Assembly: GCA_004297735.1 (NCBI GenBank) | Contig: SCTI01000001.1 | Coordinates: 115,467-179,466, forward strand | Direction of reading: 5' to 3' | DNA length: 64,000 nucleotides | From: Patescibacteria group bacterium | GTDB lineage: Bacteria; Patescibacteriota; Saccharimonadia; UBA4664; SCTI01 | In this document: positions 44,005-54,775 of the stretch, piece after piece | Layout: each line of letters starts with the position of its first letter | Numbering within the stretch: position 1 is the first letter of the stretch | Translations under genes and position numbers: made by a program | The notes under the pieces: model-generated | What the model was told of the DNA's origin: nothing | Database searches by the model: none | The model's input: the letters and a program-made list of their open reading frames with translations, nothing else

Positions 44005-44090
44005 GCCGGGTTACCCAAGCGGTCAACGGGGGCAGACTGTAAATCTGCTGGCGTACGCCTTCGGGAGTTCGAATCTCTCACCCGGCACCA
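44005..44090 (+). tRNA. tRNA-Tyr (anticodon GTA), type II with a long variable arm
   Basis: Acceptor gccgggt/acccggc, anticodon loop ctgtaaa, long variable arm, TTCGAAT T-loop, encoded CCA. Confidence 0.85.
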
Positions 44091-44104
44091 AATTGCATCA
44101 TCTC

Positions 44105-44179
<75 letters not shown>

Positions 44180-44223
44180 TGTAATTTTTATGGTATAATT
44201 ATAGTAAATAACCGAGAAAAACA

Positions 44224-44430
44224 GTGGCAACTAAGACTAAAAAGTTAACCTTAAGTAAAGACAAGAAGCTATCCGGCGTTTGCGGCGGGATTGCTGAATA
44301 CTTTGAGTTTGACCCTACCATCGTTCGACTAGGCATGGCATTCTTCATCCTAGTGACCGGTGTGTTCCCGGGGCTGATTTTTTATGTTGTTGCCGCCATT
44401 GTGATGCCGGAAGCAGAAGGAGCCAAGTAA
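44224..44430 (+). CDS. PspC-domain small membrane protein (68 aa)
   Basis: The GVCGGIAEYFEFDPTIVRLGMAFF motif is typical of the PspC domain, followed by one TM helix. Confidence 0.7.
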   Translation: MATKTKKLTLSKDKKLSGVCGGIAEYFEFDPTIVRLGMAFFILVTGVFPGLIFYVVAAIVMPEAEGAK

Positions 44431-44592
44431 ATGGCTAAAAAGAACCGCCCAATCATCACTTTGCGTTCAAACGAGGATCCGGAGACGGTGTACACCACCA
44501 CCAAGAATCCTAAAAACACCCCTGATCGTTTAGTGATGAAAAAGTATTCTAAGCGCCTTAACAAGGTTGTTGAATTTAAAGAGAGCAAGTAG
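44431..44592 (+). CDS. rpmG: 50S ribosomal protein L33 (53 aa; below the ORF-track threshold)
   Basis: Manual translation MAKKNRPIITLRSNEDPETVYTTTKNPKNTPDRLVMKKYSKRLNKVVEFKESK; the ATG directly follows the PspC stop. Confidence 0.85.
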   Translation: MAKKNRPIITLRSNEDPETVYTTTKNPKNTPDRLVMKKYSKRLNKVVEFKESK

Positions 44593-44671
44593 CTCACCTG
44601 CTCATAGCCTTGCGTTGTGAGCGCACTTATCGCATAATCTAGCCATTCTGCACCTTCACTAGGAGTTGATC

Positions 44672-45241
44672 GTGGCTATCTTGCTTGAAAAGCGCAATAA
44701 CCTCGAAGACCCGTGGAAGTTTTTTACGCTGCAAGGCTTTAGCAGGGCAAGCATTGAGCTAAAATCCCCTGGTTTTTCTAGCATGACCTTTGCCGCCCAT
44801 CTGTTTCAGAACAATCCAAAGACAGACGCGGTTGAGGTATATGGCCTCAGAACAAGGACTAAGGTTAGGCTAAAAAGCCTTGCTCCGGGGGAATCTTGGA
44901 ATGGCACAGTTTGGAGCGAAAACACCAGCAGCGGCTACATCTGGGGTCGCATAACCAACTTTGACGTCAGCTGGCTGCCCCATATCTACTGCCCGGCTTG
45001 CAGCCAAGCCTTTACTCCGTTTGAGCTTGAATATCACCTCAACCGGCACACCATATATGAGGCCGTCAGGTACGGAGTTGGCTACGGGGAGATTTGGCGT
45101 GACGTTGTACTAGACATTGAGGAGTACATCAACAGCGGAATTGCTTCTGGTATTGCACAGCTTGGACTGACTCGCCTACTTAGAAGGCTTCTTGAAAGAG
45201 CTGTGACCGCCCAGCTTAGCGAAGCCAGTATGCAGAACTAA
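44672..45241 (+). CDS. Hypothetical protein (189 aa) with a possible CxxC...HxxxH metal-binding motif
   Basis: ORF track 44666..; the GTG at 44672 with an AGGAG 6 nt upstream is the preferred start. Confidence 0.5.
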   Translation: MAILLEKRNNLEDPWKFFTLQGFSRASIELKSPGFSSMTFAAHLFQNNPKTDAVEVYGLRTRTKVRLKSLAPGESWNGTVWSENTSSGYIWGRITNFDVSWLPHIYCPACSQAFTPFELEYHLNRHTIYEAVRYGVGYGEIWRDVVLDIEEYINSGIASGIAQLGLTRLLRRLLERAVTAQLSEASMQN

Positions 45242-45251
45242 AAATGCCAGC

Positions 45252-45290
45252 GGGCTCATGGATATAGGACGCCATGAGCCCAGTTTTACT
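45252..45290 (+). terminator. Rho-independent terminator
   Basis: 10-bp stem gggctcatgg/ccatgagccc followed by agttttact. Confidence 0.6.
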
Positions 45291-45338
45291 CAACAAATAG
45301 GCATTAATAAGATACAATTATGTGGTCCTATCTGATAT

Positions 45339-45414
45339 AGGGGTGTAGCTCAGCTGGTAGAGCATCGGTCTCCAAAACCGAGTGTCGTGGGTTCGAGTCC
45401 TGCCACCCCTGCCA
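45339..45414 (+). tRNA. tRNA-Trp (anticodon CCA)
   Basis: Acceptor aggggtg/cacccct, anticodon loop ctccaaa, T-loop ttcgagt, encoded CCA. Confidence 0.85.
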
Positions 45415-45439
45415 TGGAATAATTGTATATAATATAAGT

Positions 45440-45841
45440 ATGATCAAAGATGCGGCAGACAAGTCAGATCAATTTTGGCAGCAAAAACTGACGCCCGAAC
45501 AGTACCGGATTGTTAGAGAGCATGGTACAGAGGCGCCGTTTAGTGGAGCCTACCTAGACAATAAAGAGAGTGGCATGTATCGGTGTGTCGCATGTGGGCA
45601 GGAGCTCTTTAGTTCGGACACCAAGTTTGAGAGCGGCACCGGTTGGCCAAGCTTTTATGATGCAGTGAGTAAATCAAACGTAAAGTTTAAAGACGACTAC
45701 AGTCTGGGTCATCATCGGGTAGAGGTGAGCTGTTCAAACTGCGGAGCTCATTTAGGGCATGTGTTCCCTGATGGACCAAACCCTACCGGGCAGCGATATT
45801 GCATTAATTCGGTGGCCCTCGATTTCAAGCCAAAACAATAG
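45440..45841 (+). CDS. msrB: Peptide-methionine (R)-S-oxide reductase MsrB
   Basis: Two CxxC zinc motifs and the catalytic [13 protein letters not shown] region. Confidence 0.9.
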   Translation: MIKDAADKSDQFWQQKLTPEQYRIVREHGTEAPFSGAYLDNKESGMYRCVACGQELFSSDTKFESGTGWPSFYDAVSKSNVKFKDDYSLGHHRVEVSCSNCGAHLGHVFPDGPNPTGQRYCINSVALDFKPKQ

Positions 45842-45856
45842 ATTTAATTTGATATA

Positions 45857-45885
45857 TTGACAAAACATAAGTAGTATGGTATTAT
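45857..45885 (+). promoter_or_regulatory. Near-consensus sigma70 promoter (TTGACA -17- TATTAT) driving the GC-rich island genes
   Basis: ttgaca at 45857-45862 and tattat at 45880-45885. A roughly 60-nt leader follows, containing ctctcg...cgagag. Confidence 0.55.
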
Positions 45886-45945
45886 GGCAATTATCACTCT
45901 CGATAAGAGACGTGAAACCTGCACCTACTACCCGAGAGGGAATCA

Positions 45946-46224
45946 ATGCGTAAGTTTCTGAAGAACTCAGTCGACTGGCTGGACACCTTCCCCGGCGTCG
46001 GCATCTCCCTTGTGGTGGTGGCGGTTGCCGGTGCGGTGGTCGGCTACACCACGGGCTTCGGCTCCACCCTTGCCGGGTGGATCGTGGAAGACGGAGTGGT
46101 CGGATCCGACTGGGAGGCCGCGATCTTGGTCTCGACCTGCGCTGCGACCGGCTGGTTCTTACTCCTGATCCTGGTCATCGGCGTCCAGGGGGTCATCAAG
46201 GACTTCCGGCAGGACGCCCGCTAG
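45946..46224 (+). CDS. Small 2-TM membrane protein encoded in a high-GC island (foreign-looking codon usage)
   Basis: ORF track, 92 aa. Strong GC3 bias, unlike the flanking genes. Confidence 0.5.
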   Translation: MRKFLKNSVDWLDTFPGVGISLVVVAVAGAVVGYTTGFGSTLAGWIVEDGVVGSDWEAAILVSTCAATGWFLLLILVIGVQGVIKDFRQDAR

Positions 46225-46436
46225 CAGCGGTTACGCGAGGTATCACCTCAACGCCCAGTGCGTTAATCTGGGCTCACCCCCGAGTCTGTCAGCTCGACTG
46301 ATCGGCTCAGGGGAGAAATCCTCAGCTCTTTACAGTAGTACATGGCGCCTGGGCTGCTTTGCCGCAGTAGTGGCAACCGAGCTTCCAATGCTCAGCCCTT
46401 GGCATCCTCCTTTGTACCCACAATAGGAGGAAAAGC

Positions 46437-46677
46437 CGTGCTTTACATCATCACGCAAGAAGAGTTCGTTCACACCCTGGAGGGCTACCTCCAAGAAGAG
46501 TTCCCCGCGCTCCGTAGTGAGTGGTACTGGGACGATAGCGACTGCGACATGCCGACCGAGTATGGCGTCAAGGTGGCGATCGATACCGATCACCCGTTGT
46601 GGGACAAGGTGGTCCTCAAAGTGGCGCGTTACTGCCTCTGCCGAGGTGGCAACGTTACCCTTGAGGTACCTGAGTAG
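46437..46677 (+). CDS. Small acidic cytoplasmic protein in the high-GC island (about 80 aa)
   Basis: GTG start after an AGGAGG RBS; this reading trims the 46342..46677 track ORF. High GC3. Confidence 0.45.
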
Positions 46678-46693
46678 TGTAGTAAAGAGTTTT

Positions 46694-46733
46694 GGCGGAC
46701 GGGTTTACCTCGTCCGCCTTTACTTTTGGTTTT
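46694..46733 (+). terminator. Rho-independent terminator closing the GC-rich island
   Basis: ggcggacg-ggtttacct-cgtccgcc followed by tttacttttggtttt. Confidence 0.65.
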
Positions 46734-46827
46734 GAAGTTATTCTTATTAAGAATAAAAAGCTTGCCATGTTAGTTTTGTCTGTATAGAATAATAGTTAAC
46801 TAGACAACTATTACACAAGAAGGGTAG

Positions 46828-48402
<1,575 letters not shown>

Positions 48403-48488
48403 GATTAGGTTGAGCAGGCTTTAGGCTTCAACCTAATAGCATAAGCGTTTTATTGACTTTGGCTTAGAGCCGGCCGATACTTAACAGT

Positions 48489-49067
48489 ATGAATCCGTTT
48501 CGTATTTTAACCATGCCGCTTGGTCCTTTGCGCCGAGCCTGGACCGGCGATTACCAGCAGAGTGGGGAGTTGAGCCAGGCCGACTGTGTGATTGGGTTTT
48601 CTTTTGGCTATAGGGGTAAGGGTAAACGGATTGAGCCGGGCTTAAGTAATGAGGACTTGGCGGCAGTAGCGGCCAGGCACTACGACCATCTACCAAAAAT
48701 CTTGCAGTGGGAAATTGCAGATGCGTATCTTAAGCAGGTTAAAAAACCGACTCAGCCAATCATTAAAATTACCAAACACCGCCGCAAAGGCAAATATTTA
48801 GACACCCAAGAGGTGGCGATGCAGGCTAAGGAGGCCATGCGCCAGCGAGGTTATAAAACCGCTGTGTTACTGGCCAACGCTTACCATCTGCCGCGAGTCC
48901 AGGCTGTTTGTACTCAGTTAGGGATTAGCTGGGTCACTACCGATGACTTGCGCGGCGCGGTTGAGTTTGACCTGCGCTCAAGCCAAAAATGGACGCGTAG
49001 TCGGGACGCATGGCGAGGCTACGAACCGCTAGCAATGATGTTTTACCGCATGAGGGGATGGCTATGA
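48489..49067 (+). CDS. Hypothetical protein, possibly DUF218 (YdcF/SanA-like)
   Basis: 192 aa. The family assignment is a weak impression only. Confidence 0.4.
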   Translation: MNPFRILTMPLGPLRRAWTGDYQQSGELSQADCVIGFSFGYRGKGKRIEPGLSNEDLAAVAARHYDHLPKILQWEIADAYLKQVKKPTQPIIKITKHRRKGKYLDTQEVAMQAKEAMRQRGYKTAVLLANAYHLPRVQAVCTQLGISWVTTDDLRGAVEFDLRSSQKWTRSRDAWRGYEPLAMMFYRMRGWL

Positions 49068-50242
49068 AGCACGTTTTAATTGTCGGAGCAGGGTTTGCTG
49101 GTATTAAATTGGCCCGCGAGCTAGACCGGGATCATCGCTTTCATATCACCCTGATTAGCGATCGGCGCAGCTTTGAGTATCATGCGGCGCTGTATCGATC
49201 GGTTACCGGCCGCTCGCACTTGGAGGTTGAGGTGCCGCTGGTTGATATTTTCGCCGGCAGTCGGGTAGAGGTGGTTTACGATCAAGTCAAGAAAATTGAT
49301 GCCAAAAATCAAACGGTTACCTGCCAAAGCAAAGAACGCTATCATTATGACGAGCTGGTTTTGGCTTTGGGTAGCGTAACCGCTTACTTTGGCATCGCTG
49401 GCTTGCCAGAATTTTCTTATGGCATGAAATCGATAGCCGAGGCGGCTGAGCTTAAGCAGCATCTACACGCGGAGTTAACAGCTGGCCACAAGCCGGATGG
49501 TCATTACGTTGTGGTTGGTGGCGGCCCAACCGGGGTAGAGCTCGCAGGTGAGCTGGTCAGCTACCTTAAGCAACTGCGGCAGAATCACAACATCCGCAAG
49601 CCCTTTACGGTTGATTTGGTCGAGGCTGCCCCGCGAATACTGCCAGCTCTACCAGAGCGTTTTGGGCAGATGATTCATTATCGGTTGGAGAAACTAGGGG
49701 TAAGAGTTTACACCGGCGTGGCGGTTAAGGGTGAGACCGCAAGCGAACTTAAGCTGCCTGACGGCAATATCGATACTCACACCGTTATTTGGACCGCCGG
49801 AATGACCAACAACCCGTTGTTTGCCGATCACCCAAAGCTGTTTAAGTTGGCCAAGGGCCAAAAGGTAGAGGTTGATGAGCACCTGTCGGCCGCTCCTCAC
49901 GTGTGGGTGGCGGGGGATAGCGCCTCAACCCAACATGCTGGCTGGGCCCAGACCGCCTTATATGATGGCCGGTACCTGGCAGAGGTTATGCGCTCGCTTG
50001 AAGATGGTTTGCCACTGCCAACTTATGCTCCAAAAGCTCCGGTTGGTGCAATTCCGGTTGGGCCACACTGGTGCGCGGTTAATACCCCCAGGGGCACTCA
50101 ACTGTTTGGGAGAATTGGCTGGTGGGGTCGTCGCTGGGTTGATTTTAAGCTGTTTTGGGGCCTGCTACCGGCTCGACTGGCCTGGCGAGCCTGGATTATG
50201 GGCACTCGGCAAGAAGAAAGCTGCCCCCACTGCCGTCATTAG
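49064..50242 (+). CDS. ndh: Type II NADH dehydrogenase (NDH-2; FAD/NAD-binding pyridine nucleotide-disulfide oxidoreductase)
   Basis: Two Rossmann motifs, IVGAGFAG and VVGGGPTGVE. Start at ATG 49064, which overlaps the upstream stop. Confidence 0.85.
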   Translation: MKHVLIVGAGFAGIKLARELDRDHRFHITLISDRRSFEYHAALYRSVTGRSHLEVEVPLVDIFAGSRVEVVYDQVKKIDAKNQTVTCQSKERYHYDELVLALGSVTAYFGIAGLPEFSYGMKSIAEAAELKQHLHAELTAGHKPDGHYVVVGGGPTGVELAGELVSYLKQLRQNHNIRKPFTVDLVEAAPRILPALPERFGQMIHYRLEKLGVRVYTGVAVKGETASELKLPDGNIDTHTVIWTAGMTNNPLFADHPKLFKLAKGQKVEVDEHLSAAPHVWVAGDSASTQHAGWAQTALYDGRYLAEVMRSLEDGLPLPTYAPKAPVGAIPVGPHWCAVNTPRGTQLFGRIGWWGRRWVDFKLFWGLLPARLAWRAWIMGTRQEESCPHCRH

Positions 50243-50279
50243 GTGGCTTTTAAGCTAAAAAAACGGTATTGTAGTAGCT

Positions 50280-51692
50280 ATGAAATCTTCTACTCCAGCG
50301 GTTCAAGTCGCCGAAACTCTGCATCACATTGACTCAACCGTGGTGGTACAGGGCTGGGTCCACACCATACGCGATATGGGTAAAATTGCTTTTATTGAGG
50401 TGCGCGACCACACCGGCTTACTGCAAGTGGTGGTCGATGACCCTTCAACTCTACCTAAACTTGGGCCTGAGTACGTAGTATCGATACGTGGTGCTGTTCG
50501 CAAACGGGGAGAGCGCTACATCAACCCCAGACTAGTCACCGGCACCGTCGAGCTGGGGGCAGAGTCGGTCGAGGTGCTTAATGACAGCCAGGAGCTACCA
50601 TTTGAGGTTAAAAAGGACACCTTGGATGTTAATGAGGAGCTGCGCTTAAAGCACCGGTATCTGGACTTGCGCAGCGAACGGATGGTCGCAAACCTAAAGT
50701 TACGCCACCAAGTTAACAGCATTTTACGTAATCATCTCGACGAACAAAGCTTTACCGAAGTTGAGACGCCGCTTCTTACTAAGGGTACTCCTGAGGGTGC
50801 TCGTGAGTTCTTGGTTCCAGCCAGACTGCATCCGGATCAGTTTTATGTTTTACCGCAGTCGCCGCAGCAGTTTAAACAAATGCTAATGGTTGGCGGAATT
50901 GGGCGGTATTACCAGATTGTCCGCTGCTTACGAGACGAGGACCAGCGAGGCGATCGCCAGCCCGAGTTTACTCAGCTGGATGTAGAAATGTCCTTTGTTG
51001 ACCAAGAAGACATTCTACGACTCAACGAGAAGCTTTTAATCAAAGTGGTGCAGCAGACGGTGCCAGATGCTCAGATTACCACCGTTCCGTTTCCGCGCTT
51101 AACCTACGCGGAAGCGATGGAGCAGCACGGTACCGACAAGCCAGATTTGCGCAAAGATAAGAATAACCCCAAGGAGTTCGCCTTTTGCTGGGTGACCGAT
51201 TTCCCGTTGTTTGAGATTGCTACCGAAGGCAGTAAGCTCGACGCGGTTCACCATCCGTTTACCGCGCCTAATCCAGAAGACATGCCATTACTTGATTCTG
51301 AGCCCGACAAGGTCCGCGCTCTAGCCTACGACATAGCCCTAAACGGCTTTGAGGTTGGCGGTGGCTCAATTCGAATCCACGATGCTAAGTTGCAGGCTAA
51401 GGTGTTTGAACTGCTCGGGCTGGGTCGTCAAGAGGCTGAGCAGCGATTTGGCCATATACTGGAGGCCTTTAAATATGGCACGCCGCCGCATGGAGGTATC
51501 GCCTGGGGCTTAGACCGTTTATTGATGCTGCTAGCTGGTGAGCCAAATATTCGCGAAGTTATTGCTTTTCCTAAGACCGGCGATGCTCGCGATCCTTTAA
51601 CGGGCGCTCCAACCACAATGCCAACCGAAAGATTGGACGAAGTAGGAATTGCTCTCAAGCCTAAAAAGCCTAATAAGCGGGCTGGTTCTTAG
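50280..51692 (+). CDS. aspS: Aspartyl-tRNA synthetase, short archaeal/AsnRS-like form without the GAD insertion (class IIb)
   Basis: N-terminal OB fold, QSPQ flipping loop, and class II motifs 2/3 (FRDEDQRGDRQPEFTQLD, GGGSIRIHD). Confidence 0.85.
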   Translation: MKSSTPAVQVAETLHHIDSTVVVQGWVHTIRDMGKIAFIEVRDHTGLLQVVVDDPSTLPKLGPEYVVSIRGAVRKRGERYINPRLVTGTVELGAESVEVLNDSQELPFEVKKDTLDVNEELRLKHRYLDLRSERMVANLKLRHQVNSILRNHLDEQSFTEVETPLLTKGTPEGAREFLVPARLHPDQFYVLPQSPQQFKQMLMVGGIGRYYQIVRCLRDEDQRGDRQPEFTQLDVEMSFVDQEDILRLNEKLLIKVVQQTVPDAQITTVPFPRLTYAEAMEQHGTDKPDLRKDKNNPKEFAFCWVTDFPLFEIATEGSKLDAVHHPFTAPNPEDMPLLDSEPDKVRALAYDIALNGFEVGGGSIRIHDAKLQAKVFELLGLGRQEAEQRFGHILEAFKYGTPPHGGIAWGLDRLLMLLAGEPNIREVIAFPKTGDARDPLTGAPTTMPTERLDEVGIALKPKKPNKRAGS

Positions 51693-51697
51693 GCTAT

Positions 51698-52015
51698 ATG
51701 CAGGGGTCAGAGTCGACAGTTAACCCTCAGCAGGGAGTATCGGGGCTACAGTCAACGCCAGAACAGCAGTTGCAGCCCACCGGAGAGGGCTCTGGTCAGG
51801 CAAGTACGTCGGCTAGTGCCGTGTTGCAGTCGCCAGCAACCAGCCAACAAACGCAGCTATTTTTACGGGGTGAAACCGCTGGTCAAAAAGTGTCTGGAGA
51901 TGGAGAATGGATGCCTCCTGCCGTTAGTGCGGTTTTGATTGTGTTATTGGGTGTAATACTGGTTTTGCTGATCGGGTTGTTGGTGCAGCGCTTTTCCAGA
52001 CGGCATACCCATTAA
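51698..52015 (+). CDS. Small Gln/Ser-rich protein with a C-terminal TM anchor
   Basis: ORF track, 105 aa. Confidence 0.45.
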   Translation: MQGSESTVNPQQGVSGLQSTPEQQLQPTGEGSGQASTSASAVLQSPATSQQTQLFLRGETAGQKVSGDGEWMPPAVSAVLIVLLGVILVLLIGLLVQRFSRRHTH

Positions 52016-52098
52016 TTTGTAATATTGCACAAAGTACCTGGGGAAGCCGGGGAAATCAATGATTGTGCTTACGCTTGGAAATAGCTTATAATAGATGT

Positions 52099-53412
52099 AT
52101 GTCTGAACGCTGCCAAAATTGTGATTCAACAGATATAGTTGAAATCCAAGGACAGAAATTTTGTATCAACTGTGGTGAACCCTATACGGCACCGGCAGGG
52201 GGTTCGGTTTCGGTTAAGCCGGCGGTTAAAAAACAGCCTGATCCGGTGGCGGTAGCAACACCCGTGGCAATAAAGTCGGCTACTGGTGCTGGTAAACCAA
52301 AAGCGGTTAAAAAACCTGTTGCTGCCAAGCCAAAAGCACCCATCGAACCAAAGCTTAAGGAAGTTAAGGTGACAAAAAGAGCTGAGGCTGAGGTGAAGGC
52401 TGTACCGGTTAAGTCGGCCGCTGCTACCGACTCGGCTTTAGATCTACGCTACAGTACAACCGCCCAGCCAGCGGCTGCTCGAGCAACCCATCAGCCTGTT
52501 GCCCCAATAGCGCCACCGGCTCAAAAACAGGCTGAAACCAAGCTTGATGAGCCCAATCAGTCAACCAAGGAGCATAAGCTGCAGCCACCTACCGACACCA
52601 AGCCGCACCCATTTGGCTTTAGCTTCAAGGTGGCAACCTTGGTGGCAGTGCCTCTGGCGGCGATATTTGGAGCGATGGTCTGGTTTTTGATTGGCGTGGA
52701 TATTGTGCTTTACGCCGTAGTCGCTGCGGCTTTGTTAATTTTTGCGGTTTTGACCTTAGCGCAATCGGCAATCTTGTACGGCATGTCACGGGCCTCCGAT
52801 CATCGTCCGGTAGAGCGGAGGCAGTGGTGGTCGGCCGCTCGAAGCGGGTTTATGGATGTTGTTAACATCAACTTAATGACAGTAATTGTGGTCATAATAA
52901 CGGTATCGCTGGCAGCCGCTGGCTGGCAGGGGGTTGGCAGGCTTGGTTTGCCAGATTGGGCCGAAACCGGCTTGTTACTTGCGCTGAACGCGGTTGCGGC
53001 TTGGCTGCTACTAGGGGCCCTGGTGTCTCGCCACATTGCCATACCGGCAGCCATAATTGGCGGAATGAGCTCCACTCAAACCTATAAGTTGGGCTGGCGA
53101 ACCTTTGCCAAGGCTGGAGGCAGTCTATCGCTGGCTCTGATCAGGGCTTGGATAACCGGCATTTTGGTGGTGGTTGGGGCGGCAATTGCGGTGATTTACC
53201 TCAATCAGCATTTTTCGGAGTACAATCATCTGACCGTAACCCTGCTGGTAGCAGCAGCTACTTGGCTGTTCATCACCCTGCTGTTTGTGACTTCGTTGCA
53301 ACTCGAGTCGCGGATGTGGCTGCGGCAGTATCGCTACTGGGTGGCACGGTGCTTCCCGAGCCGTCAACTTCGCCTGCTGGCCGGCCGGGTCCAGACGCTG
53401 CGGCACCGTTGA
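52099..53412 (+). CDS. Membrane protein with an N-terminal zinc ribbon (CxxC...CxxC), a Lys/Ala/Pro-rich linker and about 6 TM helices
   Basis: Start at MSERCQNCDS... (ATG 52099), inside the track ORF 52063... Confidence 0.6.
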   Translation: MSERCQNCDSTDIVEIQGQKFCINCGEPYTAPAGGSVSVKPAVKKQPDPVAVATPVAIKSATGAGKPKAVKKPVAAKPKAPIEPKLKEVKVTKRAEAEVKAVPVKSAAATDSALDLRYSTTAQPAAARATHQPVAPIAPPAQKQAETKLDEPNQSTKEHKLQPPTDTKPHPFGFSFKVATLVAVPLAAIFGAMVWFLIGVDIVLYAVVAAALLIFAVLTLAQSAILYGMSRASDHRPVERRQWWSAARSGFMDVVNINLMTVIVVIITVSLAAAGWQGVGRLGLPDWAETGLLLALNAVAAWLLLGALVSRHIAIPAAIIGGMSSTQTYKLGWRTFAKAGGSLSLALIRAWITGILVVVGAAIAVIYLNQHFSEYNHLTVTLLVAAATWLFITLLFVTSLQLESRMWLRQYRYWVARCFPSRQLRLLAGRVQTLRHR

Positions 53413-53442
53413 CTTTTTCGATGGCTCATCTTATAATTGAGC

Positions 53443-53461
53443 AAAAGCCGCCGGGCTTTTT
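53443..53461 (+). terminator. Weak hairpin with a T-run before secE
   Basis: aaaagcc-gccg-ggctttt. Confidence 0.3.
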
Positions 53462-53517
53462 AAAATTGCCAAAAATATGAGCAAGAGCGCAACGCTGGCT
53501 TTGTCAAAAGGAGATCG

Positions 53518-53706
53518 ATGAATCGTTTGGTCACATATGTACAGCAGTCGTGGACCGAGCTACGCAAGGTGGTTTGGCCGTCGCGGCCATCAGCGGTTCG
53601 ATTAACCATTATCGTAGTGGTGTTCGCTCTAACCTTAGCCGTCTTTATTGGGGTGGTTGACTACATTTTTGGTCAGATTTTAAAGCAAATAATTCTTAAG
53701 GGATAA
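53518..53706 (+). CDS. secE: Preprotein translocase subunit SecE
   Basis: 62 aa single-TM protein, immediately upstream of nusG. Confidence 0.9.
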   Translation: MNRLVTYVQQSWTELRKVVWPSRPSAVRLTIIVVVFALTLAVFIGVVDYIFGQILKQIILKG

Positions 53707-53709
53707 GTT

Positions 53710-54249
53710 ATGACCGAGTCGACCGCAAACAAGCACTGGTACGTGATTCATACCTACTCAGGATATGAAGATCGAGTCGCCGAAAACATCAAGCAGCGTA
53801 TTGTCACCATGAACATGCACGACAAGATTTTTGATGTGATTGTGCCAAAAGAAAATCAGATTGAGATTAAGAACGGTCGTCGTCGCATTGTTGAGCGCCG
53901 CATCTTCCCAGGTTACGTACTGGTGCAGATGGATGTTACCGAAGACTCGTGGTTTGTAGTTCGCAACACCCCAAACGTCACCGGCTTTGTTGGCAGCGGA
54001 GTTACTCCAACCCCAATCGATCCGGATGAGGTGCGCCACATTCAGAAGCGCATGGGTGTTGAGGAGCCTAAGTACAAGATCGACTTCCACATTAATGAGA
54101 CGGTTAATATCGTTGATGGTCCATTTAAGGGCTTTGACGGCTCGGTCAATGAGATCGACGAGAGCAAGGGCAAGATTAAGGTACTAGTAAGTATGTTTGG
54201 CCGCGAGACACCGGTTGAACTCGATAGCTTGCAGGTTAAAAAGATTTAA
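53710..54249 (+). CDS. nusG: Transcription termination/antitermination factor NusG
   Basis: NGN domain plus a KOW motif. Confidence 0.95.
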   Translation: MTESTANKHWYVIHTYSGYEDRVAENIKQRIVTMNMHDKIFDVIVPKENQIEIKNGRRRIVERRIFPGYVLVQMDVTEDSWFVVRNTPNVTGFVGSGVTPTPIDPDEVRHIQKRMGVEEPKYKIDFHINETVNIVDGPFKGFDGSVNEIDESKGKIKVLVSMFGRETPVELDSLQVKKI

Positions 54250-54255
54250 GTTTAA

Positions 54256-54286
54256 GGTGGGAGGCTGATTAAGCCGTTTGCACCAC
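54256..54286 (+). promoter_or_regulatory. L1-binding-site-like mRNA leader motif upstream of rplK (GGTGGGAGGC-n5-AAGCCG-TTTG-CACCAC)
   Basis: A nearly identical motif recurs upstream of rplA at 54739..54767. Confidence 0.45.
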
Positions 54287-54298
54287 GAAAGGATTAAT

Positions 54299-54730
54299 AT
54301 GGCAGAGCAAAAGAAAGTTAAGGCAAACGTAAAGTTCCGTTTAGGAGCCGGTAAGGCTAGCCCAGCGCCTCCTGTGGGCTCAATTCTGGGTGCCCAGGGC
54401 GTAAACATGATGGAGTTTGTTAACGCCTTTAACGACCAAACCAAGGAGCTAGGGGATGTTCAGCTGGCGGTTAAGGTCACCATTTATGAAGATCGCAGCT
54501 TCACTTTTACCACCAAGGGTGAGCCAACCGCCGACATCATTCGTCGCACCGCTGGCATCCAAAAGGGCGCTGGCAACTCATTAAAAGAAGAAGCCGGCAC
54601 TTTAACTAAGTCGCAGGTGATGGAAATCGCCGAAAAGAAGATGCCCGATTTAAGCGCTAACGATCCGGAGGCTGCCTTTAAGGTGATCGCTGGTACCGCT
54701 CGCAGCATGGGCGTAAAAGTACAAGATTAA
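54299..54730 (+). CDS. rplK: 50S ribosomal protein L11
   Basis: Start at MAEQKKVKANVKF... (ATG 54299). Confidence 0.95.
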   Translation: MAEQKKVKANVKFRLGAGKASPAPPVGSILGAQGVNMMEFVNAFNDQTKELGDVQLAVKVTIYEDRSFTFTTKGEPTADIIRRTAGIQKGAGNSLKEEAGTLTKSQVMEIAEKKMPDLSANDPEAAFKVIAGTARSMGVKVQD

Positions 54731-54738
54731 TCAACAAC

Positions 54739-54767
54739 GGTGGGAGGCCGAAAGCCGCTTGAACCAC
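54739..54767 (+). promoter_or_regulatory. Second copy of the L1-binding-site-like motif, upstream of rplA (GGTGGGAGGC-n3-AAGCCG-CTTG-AACCAC)
   Basis: Aligned by eye with the motif at 54256..54286. Confidence 0.45.
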
Positions 54768-54775
54768 AGGAGAAT

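Noticed and set aside
54740-54775. Track start of rplA at 54740
   Set aside because: It overlaps the conserved leader motif. The AGGAG RBS favours the ATG ATG at 54776.
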